This document shows positions 37,659-48,336 of a stretch of 64,000 bases of DNA, piece by piece (within the stretch, counting starts at the first letter, position 1; the number at the start of each line of letters is the position of its first letter). The notes beneath the pieces were generated by a model. The model did not search any database and was not told where the DNA came from. It saw only the letters and a program-made list of their open reading frames with translations. Location: contig OZ296652.1 of assembly GCA_965655095.1 (NCBI GenBank), positions 15,004,001 through 15,068,000 of the forward strand. The letters run 5' to 3'. The stretch comes from Haplodiscus bocki. Lineage: Eukaryota. The position numbers and the translations under genes are program-made.

Positions 37659-39650
37659 ATGAAATTCTGACATTATTGCTGCTCAACACTCTTGTGCGAT
37701 ACTTGCACTTGGCATAATATTCAAACTTGTTACAAACATTCTTTTGGCTTTAAAGTTTACCAATGTCAACTTTCTGGTCCCCCTTCCCAAATTTGAGATG
37801 AACGTGAGTGCCGAATTGGGCGCCTACATTAACAAACTTGCACCACTTTGGTAATTTTTTAGCTGGCTATGTCATCTTGATTACTCTACAATTTTACAGC
37901 GAGACGATTCTACATTTGATAAAAATTCGCTACCCCACCAGGTTGAGAAAGAAATGACGTTTGCAGAGAAGGAAATCGAAGCTTCCTCACCCTTGAAAAC
38001 AAATGATGCCGCCCTCAAGCTTGAAATTGGAAGCCAAAAGCAGCGCCACATGCATTGATGGCGTTTGCATCAATAGGATTCTTCAAATCCAGAACAACCT
38101 TAGGAGCCGGTAAATGTGGCGTACGAGGTAATTTTGGATAATGTCATGATCGTTCAGAGCTGAAGGCAGCAGTTTTTGAAAACTGACAGAAGGAACGTTA
38201 GGCCTAACACAAGATGTTTTTAATTTCTTAAATGAAAATAATGATAAATTCTTCATGGTTACCACGGAATTGGAAGCACTAAAGTCCATGAAAAGGCAAT
38301 GCTAGAAGTGCAAAAAGTTTCTTGTTCTACGAGAATGTGATCAATTTTTTTTCACACGTTAGAAAAAACTTTATTTACGACACAATCATTGTTGCTTTTA
38401 TTGGAGCGCGCAAATTTTTAAAGTCATACAAGCGCTCTTTACACGTACAAATTCATACTGACGATTTCGATATAACCACTTCCGAGCAAATAATTGTCTA
38501 TGTCGCTTGTTCCAAGAAAAGCACTTTAGCTATCGTAGACAACGTTGCATCGGAATACTTGAGAAAATTAAACCTACTCTCATAAACCATCCCAAATAAT
38601 GAAATTTTTGTTTTTTACGAGTCACATTTACTTAGAGGCATTTAGGTGGTTCAACAACGACTCATAATGCGCATTGCAATTCCACTAGCAACGAAATATT
38701 CACCGTTCACAGTGTTCTGCGCTGTTTCAGTACCTATGCCTCAATGGGAGTAAGATTTGGCAATTAGATGCAACTTAGTTAGCGCCTTATTTAGCGGTAT
38801 CACAAATTAATAGGAAACAGCATTCTTGACAGAATCTGATTTTGGTAGAGGGATTGTATCGTCACGTTATCAAACATGCCTAGACTTGATTGCTACAGAA
38901 ACAAGCCATGATTGTTGTTTGGCGACGCTCTACTTCAAAGTTAGCGCGGCAATAATACAAGTTTGTGAAACGGAGCAGATAGTACTGCCGGCGGCGGAAA
39001 AAGCAGAAACCTTAGTTTATGGAATTTGGCTTATAACGTCCACTACTACTGCTTACACCTCATGTGAATCAGACACACAGCCAACAACATCATTGTGTAT
39101 AGTAAAAGATCCGGGACGCCGAATTTGCATCCTCACATTGAAATGTGGTGAACAACTGCCGGGACACCATATGAAGATTGGATCAGACCTCAGCACTGGG
39201 TGAAAGATGCCAGCAGCAAAAGTTAATGTTATATTTCCTGACCCATTACAGGATTTGTGGAGCGAACTTCCTGAAACTGATGACAAGACTTATTTCTCTA
39301 CAAAAGTAAAAGCAGGAGTAGTATTGCTGAAAGAAGTTCAAGCAAAGCTCCTCGATCGTCGTAGAATACGCGACCCGTAAAAACTCTCGGATATTGCACG
39401 CCCGATTACGACAAAAAGGACACAATTGCGTCCATCTCTTTAAAGAGAAAATGATTCACATCTTTCTAATCGACACTCTATCGTGATGAGCTTCATATTA
39501 TTTGGTGGATTAATGTTACTTCATCTGATCGTTGTTTGGATTTACCATATATACAAGCAACGCAACACTGCGACTCTTCTTGCGTGCGGAATATTCTGTC
39601 AGAAAGAACCACGCACAGCTTTTGAACTCGCACAGACAATGAAACTCAAC
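37659..39650 (+). pseudogene. env: Degenerate env of element 2, F-protein/errantivirus-like (class I)
   Basis: Signal-like start at 37659; YQTCLDLIATETSHDCCLATLYF...VCETEQIVLPAAEKAETLVYGIWLITS...CILTLKCG; TM-like segment at ~39475-39550; lies before the PPT and LTR. Confidence 0.6.
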
Positions 39651-40382
39651 TAGTTGCTGCAGACGATGCGCCTGTTGAAAAATCTCAGTTGGCTCGTACC
39701 ATATCTCTTTCCCGAAAAACTTTCAATAAAAACGCGACTCCCGCAGCGACTGAAGCAATTAAACGCAATATGTCGCATGCTTTGGCTCCTCAGTAAGCGG
39801 ATATGTCCTTTATTTGTCGGGCAGCGGATGTGCCAGAACACTAGAAGTGACATGGTTACATTCGAGGCGAATGAATGTTGTATAGTGAAAACCTTTATCT
39901 CAACCGTGGACAAGGGAACATTGTTCTCTTGAGTTTCAAACAGATCATTATTAAGGACTTCATCTGATCAACAACTGATGTCATTCTCATTCACTTCAAC
40001 TTCGGTAAAAAACAATTCTAAAGTATTTTATAAAACTTTTCTGGGACTGGACGACTGTGTGCTGGCAACTTTTATGGCTCCTCGTCTCTTTCAATGCACA
40101 CTTTAACTATTCTGGATATTCACTTGAATACACTATTTTATTCTCGGTTTTTGAACAGTTTTCACTTTAAATATGGGATGGGATTTCAACAGAAAACGAC
40201 ATTATTTTCTTCGGACATTGATTGAGATTCAACTTTTTTGGATGTAACATTTTGGAAAGAGTTTAACGTAACTCACCACAGCTTTTTGGATCTGGAATGT
40301 GGAAGAATACTAATGCAACTTTGGGTCGGTTTCTCCCGATGCTGACGAACTTCTTATTATGTAACCAATGGCGAAGTGACAG

Positions 40383-40394
40383 CAAGGAGGGTAG
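40383..40394 (+). promoter_or_regulatory. Polypurine tract of element 2
   Basis: AAGGAGGGTAG immediately before TGTAAC. Confidence 0.75.
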
Positions 40395-41142
40395 TGTAAC
40401 ATTCAATGTTACGATCGGAATGCTAAAGCAACGTTCATGTGAGAGGAACGCCAATCCAAACACAAAAGTCCTATTCCTTTAATCACTTAATCTACCTCCA
40501 ATATTTGAAGGACGCGTTAATCTTCCAGTGAACTTCAAACTCTAGAACTTTTCTTGGAGCCAGAAAGGCGCCTAATCCAGATAAATGCAAATGACGGAAC
40601 CACTCAAAGATTGTAATCGCTTATCATTAACCCCTGTACAAATAAAATTTGATACACAAGAAGCTTCGACCTAGCAGAGTAAAGTTGAAATAATAAATCT
40701 GCAAACTCACCATTGCTTCAATAGATTCAAAAGTAGAAGAACAGATCACTTGTAGCAAGTCTAACGGCGGAACCTCGCATCCAAAGTAGAGCATCTACCT
40801 GAAAAACTTTGGAATACTGAATGCAGGGATTGCAATACCAATACCAATACCAATACCAAAAGTCAATACTTGGGCCCTCAATACCAATACCAATACCAAT
40901 ACTATCAAAATTTTGACCCTCAATACCAATACCAATACCTAGACCCCTCAATACCAATACCAGAGGGCTCAATACCACAAAAGTGGTATTGAATTTGAAT
41001 TTTTCAAACTCCGCATTACAAATTTTCGAAGCTGATTTTACGAAAATAAAAAATATTTTTAGATTTTATTTTATTTTGCTTGATTTTAAAACCAAATTCT
41101 ACTTTGGAAAATTAATATTTTTTGCGTTTTAGATGAGTTTTG

Positions 41143-42828
41143 ATGAGTTCCAGTACTAGCGTTCAATCGATTTCTGATGAAATTACGGTAATTGAAAATC
41201 CAAAACTTCCAGTCGTTGAATATAGAGTCAATAAGAAGACTTCAAGCAATGTGTGCAAGTAATTTTTGCTGGAATTTAAGGACGATGTACAGACTGAGTG
41301 GCGAAAATGCATTAAATGTGATGCTTTGGTCAAGGCCCCGAATTCCGGAACAAGTGGTCTTTCAAAACATGCGGATTCCTGTGCAAAATCCAATAAGCGG
41401 AAAGCACCTACAAATCAGCCCAAGATTGGTTTTAAAAAATGTCCCAAGCTTAATTTGCCTAAAGGAATGGACACTGTTTCTAAGCTTGTGTATAAGGACA
41501 ACATTCCTATTACAGCTGTTGCCAAAAGCGAAGCTTTACAAAGTATGTTTCGTGAATTAGGATTTGGAAGCGTTACTTATCACTCTATGAACAAAGCATT
41601 AGATGAGAAATATCATTGCATTGTTTCAAAATTGAAATCAATTATTGAGTCGCGAAGCAAGGAACAGCTTTTAACAATTACGTTTGACAAGTGGACCTCA
41701 CAGGATGGGAAGAAGTTTATTGGTATATATTTATACGTTGATTTGCACGACATTTGTCTTGGTTTAATTCCTTATAAACACTTCTGTGGAGCGGAAGAAA
41801 TTGCAACCTATCTTCGGAAACAATTAGCACTTTTTGGCCTTACCCCTAGTGACATAACAATTTCGGTTACTGATTGTGGAGCTGACGTACAGGCCGTTTC
41901 TGAGTTATTTGGTTGGTATTCATTTCCTTGTTTGGCGCATGTAGTTAATTTATGTGTTAAAAGAATTATTTGCGCAAACCCAGAATCGGATTTAATTTTT
42001 GACGAAAATGATGAAGACGATGAAGATCAAGATCAGGAGCGTGAAGTTGCTGTAGGCCAATTTCGCCATGTCATTGAGATTGTTCGGAACCTTTGCAAGA
42101 AGGTACATAGTTCAACAAAAAACGCCGAAGCCCTTGAAAAAGCACAGCTGGAATTTTTAAATAGTCAGAATGATGAACAAACAGACGGAGAGGTTGTCAG
42201 AAAATCACCATTAAAGATTATTTGCAGTAATGCGACGAGATGGAATTCAGTATTTGACATGTTGGTTCGCTTTCGAGATCTTAAACGATATATGCAAATT
42301 ATGTTTGAAAATGATTTGCGAAACTACGACTGGGCAGCATTAGATAATATTATTGAGCTCCTTCTGCCCTTTAAGGAATGCACAATGCGGCTACAAGCAA
42401 AGGATGCATCTGTTCATACGGCTAAAAACATAATTTTATATCTTCAAGCACGGGTAAGAAATTTGTCAATTGATGCTCAGTTAGTCTTGGATAAATGGCT
42501 AAATAGAAATGATATCGTTGAAGCTCTTCTGAAGAAGCGTGGAAGTTTCTTCGACAAGGTAAAGGAGAAATTTATATACGAAGAGAACGCTCAAAACGAT
42601 CATGGTTACAATCTTGGGACAGAAATAACATTAGCTGATTTTGAACGTCGAATATGTGCAGATGACTTTAGAGTTGAAGCCTATATGATTACATTTAAAC
42701 CCGCCAGTGTTGACCCAGAACGCCTATTTTCATTGTGTAGATATTCTAAGAATTATTTACAATGTCGTATGACTGCTGCACATCACGCCAGAAACGTTTT
42801 CTTGAAGAAAAATGAAAAGTTTCTCTAA
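41143..42828 (+). pseudogene. hAT transposase (BED finger + DDE) with one in-frame TAA at 41260-41262
   Basis: ATG 41143 is in frame with ORF 41266..42828; CIKC...GTSGLSKH, TFDKWTS, VTDCGAD, CLAH, TRWNSVFDML, PASVDPERLFS. Confidence 0.9.
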
Positions 42829-42999
42829 TTGAATGTTTAAGCATAAATATCTTTTCAGCAGTGGGAAGTTTGAAGCTCTAAGCATTTGCGTTACATTCAC
42901 CAAAAAATTCTGAACAAAAGATATTTTCTTCATATTCAGCGTAAAATTTCGATTAAATAACATATTAGGTCATTTTGGCGATACACGCTTCGTTTGGTC

Positions 43000-43200
43000 G
43001 TAATCACTGAAAAATTTTAATTAAAATCGATACAAGTCAATTTTTCATGTACATGCTTATTTCCATCGTAATCAGTAAAAATTTTAATTAAAATCGATAC
43101 AGGTCAATTTTTGATGCACATGCTTATTTCTATCGTAATCAGCAAAAAATTTTAATAAAAATCGATTTTACTCATTTTTTCATGTTCATGCTTATTTTGG
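43000..43200 (+). repeat. ~67-bp tandem repeat x3 inside the hAT 3' region
   Basis: GTAATCA...AAAATCGAT...CATGCTTATT repeated three times. Confidence 0.8.
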
Positions 43201-44100
43201 CTGTTTAGAGCACAAATCCTTCATTAGGGGTAAGATAAGACCATTTTTGATGTACATGCGTATTTTCAATACCAGTTCACGATTGGGTCAATACCATTCA
43301 CTAACCCAGGTATTGACTCAATACCAATACCAATTCCAATACCAAAAGTGCTCAATACCAATACCAAAAATCTCAAGTATTGAATTCCCTGACTGAATGC
43401 CCACTCAGGCTTGAGAGCTAATAAATTCAGGAGACGCCGTACGATATACATTTCTTTTAGACAATGGAATATATCCTATCAGGGATATTAACTTTGTGAA
43501 GATCCAGATTCCTCGCAGTTAGCTCATTGTTGAAAGCCTTGAAAGGTCGAATGAAGTAGAGGGTTGGAAAAATCCGGTTCACAGATAACATTTGAAGGTT
43601 GATGAAAAGAAGTGGGAGATCAGTGTACATGGGGTTTGTGTGTCTGTGGTTGTATTGTTTTCGTGGAAACCTGCGGTGGTAGTCGTCACCTTGATACGTC
43701 GATAGAACTTGAAAAGTTTTTCAAATGTGACGCAACTAAATTTGATTTTAAGACCGCTCTATAATTTGATCATTGCTTTCAATGTAAATGCGGTTTCCAA
43801 TGTGGGGCGTTAGTTTGTCTAGCTTCGGGGACTGGTTACAGGATTCTTTTTTTTGCTAACGTTAGGAATCTCGAAGTTGCCTCCGCAGCTCAGGATCCCC
43901 TTAGGCGTAATTGGCCAAAAGGCCGTCAAGGTCTGCCCGGATCGTTTGCATGCGGAATCTTTGATTTGTACTTCTACCGGAGTGATTTCCGCTGACTTGG
44001 GTGTCAGATTCTTGCTCCGTAATTCTGGATTGTTTGTTGTTTTTATGGCGCTTGGATCGTTTATCGAAGTGAATGGTGTCGTAACACGAGTCTGAAAGAC

Positions 44101-44324
44101 CATGAGTCCGAAAATGATTTTCAATTCCCATGAGTCCGAAAATCTAAAACTTGAATGTCCAATTCCCGTTGCCAGCTCCAGGTATATCTGAGCAAAGCGA
44201 GGGCACGCCTAAAACCGCACAGCGTGCGGACACTGTTTTGAGGTGTCGAATGCACTGGTTTCAATACTGACCTGCAACAAAGCTTTCGGACTCATGGCAA
44301 TTAAAACTCATTCTCGGACTCGTG
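44101..44324. mobile_element. MITE-like element with ~41-bp imperfect terminal inverted repeats
   Basis: CATGAGTCCGAAAATGATTTTCAATTCCCATGAGTCCGAAA versus TTTCGGACTCATGGCAATTAAAACTCATTCTCGGACTCGTG. Confidence 0.6.
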
Positions 44325-45484
44325 AATAGCAACCAAGAGAATGGATGGAGTTTAGAAGCATGGCACATTTAACCAATAGCCAACAAATAACAACAACAAC
44401 AAATAGTGCGCATTGCATACATGTGAAAACCAGGACACCATTTGCGCCCCTCAATTTTGACCACTAGAGATAGTTTTTGTCCGTTATGTCACTTTTGTCT
44501 TCAACTTGGTCACATTGTCGCAGATTTGTGCGTCGATGGCGCACAAATCTTTATGTACCCCTGCGGGTTCCCATTGGGTATTTAGTGACTTTAGACCGCA
44601 TTTCCAGCCTCTAGGGGCATACATAATGGTCTTTGCATATTCAAATATGTTTCCCACACCCGTAAGTCCGTAGGCGCTAGGACCTGCGCTGATCTTGTTA
44701 AGAAAAACTTTGCCTCCTCAGGCTCCCACTTTCTCTAAATTTCCTTCTCCCGGGTAAGTGGCTTCAGCTGGAGCTATTGGTTACAAAATTGTTGAGAACG
44801 TTCAGAGGGGATGTCTTGAAGAGGATTAACAACACCCACAGCAATGTTTGTCAACGGCTCCTGATATTCAGTCAAATTCTACCTCTGTCCCTCCATGATC
44901 AACTTCAAAATCTTTTCTCTCCAAATGTCATTTCAACTCTGATGTTGACTTTTTTGTTTGAAGAGAACTTCGTGCCCGCTCAGAAGTGATGAAAACCACA
45001 ATCGACCATGCCGAGCCCACACTAGCCCTCTGTGAGTAACGCTTCTTCAACTGAACTTGAGCTCTGATGAACATACTGCCATCAATTCTACGGTTCAACG
45101 ATCATAAGGGCCTCGAAAAGCGGTCGTTACATAACTTATGGTATGATTTCCACTACAAGTAGAATGAAATGGTCAACAGTACGTGGAAAAATTATCATCC
45201 ACGAACAGTGACTGGGGATCCTGCCATTGTGCCCAGCTTTCCAAATTTTTTGCACAAGTTCGGCGAACGCTATAATCTTACATTTCTCACAGAAGGTCTA
45301 TCGAAGGGTGTAATACTTTAGTTGATTTACACTTGAAGAAGCAAGTCCATTTTAATATAGTATTTCTCTGAAATAAAAACAAGTTCTCAACCGTTTTCGT
45401 CATGTTTCTGAGAGAGGATTTCTAAATACGTTTATTCCTCAAAAATTGACGGATTTCCATGGCAGTACTCATTTTAGATTTGCA

Positions 45485-48336
45485 ATGCCTTCCGACTCAA
45501 GCCGCAGTCGATCAAGGTAACTTCTTCCCTAGCCTACTTCACGGGAATACAAGCACTACCAGTGATTTAAAATGTTTCTACTGAATATGTTCTATTCAAA
45601 TTTCGTTTTTATTCATTGAAGGTCCCGAAGTAGACGGAAATCATCTCGAGATTCTCATCGACGGAGCAGACGCTCTCGATCAAGGTCACATGGTGGTCAT
45701 AGAAGGAGATCTAAATCTTTTAGCCGCTCTATGTCCAGATCCCCTATGTCAAACAGAAAACGCCATATCGGAACTCGGGTTAGTAAATTTCTGTTCTCCA
45801 AATTATACATCAAATATAGAGTTCACCTTATAGGAAAAGCAAGAAGAAACGAACGATTAGAAGTTTTTCTCAATCACTGCTCAAGTACCAGTGTTATAAA
45901 ATTCGTCTATAGAACTGGAATTTCCCACCTTTTATTGGCGACATGTCCAATAATCAATTGGCTGATTTTGGAAATTTTCTGCCATGCCAATGATTAGGTG
46001 CCCGTGTCGAATTTTTCCACGATAAAGGCAAATAAGTGGACGACAGATGGGAAAATGCCCGGTAACTCGTAGCAAAATAGCGTTGGATACCGGGTCTCCT
46101 AGAAAAGAAGCAGCTGATACCAGGCTTTCGTAGCAAAATTCCACCGCTAATAGACTTCCTTATTTTGATTACATTTATCAAGTGTTATATCACAGGCTTC
46201 TTTTTTCTGATCCGTTCGGCGATTTAATTGCTATAGCTGTTATAAGTTTATAATAATTTATAACATTTATAAAGCCTCATCCGCAACATTTATCTGAGAC
46301 GAGTGTGTCAGAAATTTTTGTGACAGGTTCTTTTCTTCCTATTGCATAGCTTTTCCCAGGCTTTGTTGGATGGTCAAGTCACAGTGCCATACTCTCAATC
46401 CAAGTTGGTCTTGCGTCTATAGATCAGTTCGCGATACCCGGCATTTCTCTCCTGAGGGCAAGTTTTCTGGACCATGATTCGCGCGCTGCGTGTCCAAGCT
46501 GTCTCGATCGAATCGCTCTAAGAGGAAAAATTTGCATTTTGCAAGCTGCTAAACTTCGCGGTCCTATTGATTCGTTGCATTTGCTCACGTATCTTATTTG
46601 AGAATTAATCGTGGAGACAGACCGTGATTGCTCGGGTCTCGCAATTGTAGGTTTCGTATAGTTATAATGCTAGTGAATAATAATTTTTTCACGGGCATTG
46701 AACAAAATGGTTTTGTAGAAATGGTATATTTCATATCTTTGAAGGCTCTTTGCCTGTGGAACCAGGATGCTCCTTCGCAGTTCAAAGTTGTGCCGAGATA
46801 TGAAGTTGTCCACTTGTTCAAAGACTTTTTCATTCCTCGCTATACACGATTCTGGTTTTTCAATCTGCAATGTTATCGTGACTTTTTTCATGTGGCTGTA
46901 TATTTATTAGGCGTATTGATTTTTTTCTCAAATGGCCGCAAAGTTGATTCGTGACTGGCCTGCTGAGCGATAAAGTGAACTTAGAACCGCGGATTCAATT
47001 ATTCTTGGAAAATTGTCCATTCTATTCAAACGGCTTTTTCAAAATTCTAATTTATCTTGTCCATTTTTTTAAATGTCATTCTCTTGCGGTTAAAGCTTAG
47101 TATGCTTGATGGCTATGTTTTCAACTAGCAAAAGTGATGTTTCTGATACAACGATATCTGCGGTGTCCATCTATACGCGGAAAAATTATGTAAAGTTGAT
47201 ATCAGATACGTGAAACCTGTGTTTATTGCGGTTTTTTTTTTTCAGGATAACCCACCAGTTTCCAAATGCCTTGGAATTTTCGGACTGAGCACACGAACAA
47301 CAGAGGCAGACCTTCGCGATGTTTTTGATCGGTATCCCGGATTCGTGGGAGTGAAGCTAATCTGTGATTATGGAACTGGGACCTCCAGAGGCTTCGGTTT
47401 CCTGTCTTTTGAATCTGTCGACGATGCGAGATATGTAAGTTCGTTTGTAAATAAGACTCAGTTCTCCAATAAAAACTCGAGGTGGTTAAACGATATTTTT
47501 TGAAGGTGAAAGACAAGTGCGTTGGCATGGACATCGATGGACGCAGCATTCGGATCGATTTCTCTACGACGAATCGTGCACACACTCCGACACCTGGACG
47601 GTATATGGGCCGACCTTCATACAGACCAAGGTTAACAGTTGCAATTTATTATAAGTAATCTTATTGACTTAAATATTCTCATTTTTAATTTAGCAAAGTT
47701 GTAGGCTGTTTCTCTCGCGCAGCTGATCACAAATAAATGATGCTACGAAGGCGGAGTTACGAAATTCAGATCGAATAAAAGTCTACATGTGTTTTTTCGC
47801 GAGTAACTTGTAAATGATTCGAGCTCTACGTGCACTTATGTCAATTTTTTACTCAGTGATAGTTTGGTCTCCTGTATTTTGAAATCATGTATTTTCACTT
47901 AAATTCACATAAATTTCACTTAAATTCACACATAAAATTAGCAGCCTTTTTTGGCATTGCTACTTTCATAGCGTTTAATGTTTCGCACCTTCAATGCCCA
48001 TGCTTAGACTTGTGAAAAGTCAGGGTGTTCTAACTTACTTCCCAGTCATTTTCTCGTTTCAGATACGAAGGCCGTGATCGCGAATACGGTGGACGCAGCA
48101 GTCGTTATGAAAGAAGACGACATTCAAGGTCTTATTCCAGATCACCAAGTTCGTATTCCTTCAAAACTTCTAATTTGCTAGGAGAGTAAAAAGATCAACA
48201 TGGTTGATGTCCTTACAATTGAGTCGTTTTGAGATTTGATAGTAATTTTTGGTAGCAATTATTTTGTATAATTATCTATTTTGTCCCTCTGTTGTGATTT
48301 TTTCCAACCATGTTCCTGGTTTCAGGACGCTATTGA
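45485..48336 (+). CDS. tra2: Transformer-2 homolog (RS1-RRM-RS2); exons 45485-45516, 45622-45778, 47246-47434, 47506-47630, 48063-48148, 48326-48336
   Basis: GT-AG introns with consistent phases; [14 protein letters not shown]|[47 protein letters not shown]-terminal SRSPRRY*. These are hallmark Tra2 motifs. Confidence 0.95.

Larger units (their letters stand above)
40824..43391 (+). mobile_element. hAT-superfamily DNA transposon
   Basis: 8-bp TSD ACTGAATG (40816-40823 and 43392-43399); imperfect 15-bp TIRs CAGGGATTGCAATAC / GTATTGAATTCCCTG; CAATAC subterminal repeats; transposase inside. Confidence 0.97.
19288..43450 (+). mobile_element. Env-bearing Gypsy LTR retroelement 2 (heavily decayed), containing a tandem array and a hAT insertion
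   Basis: Two homologous LTRs both starting TGTAACATTC, PBS-like TGGTGAC, gag with CCHC, pol motifs, env-like region, PPT. Confidence 0.85.
40395..43450 (+). repeat. 3' LTR of element 2, split by a hAT insertion (40395-40823 and 43400-43450)
   Basis: TG...CA termini; homology to the 5' LTR resumes exactly after the hAT TSD. Confidence 0.85.

Noticed and set aside
40727-40978. GIGIGI-rich ORFs here and at 43266..43451
   Set aside because: They are translations of the CAATAC subterminal repeats of the hAT element.
19283-43455. Target-site duplication for element 2
   Set aside because: The flanks CATTT and TTTCT do not match convincingly; no TSD claimed.
44430-45000. Possible non-LTR RT remnant on the minus strand (SAGP-like motif)
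   Set aside because: Too degenerate; no RT core motifs visible.
46594-46954. ORFs inside tra2 intron 2 (nested gene or poison exon)
   Set aside because: No recognisable motifs or convincing splice-site pair; cannot be supported without RNA data.
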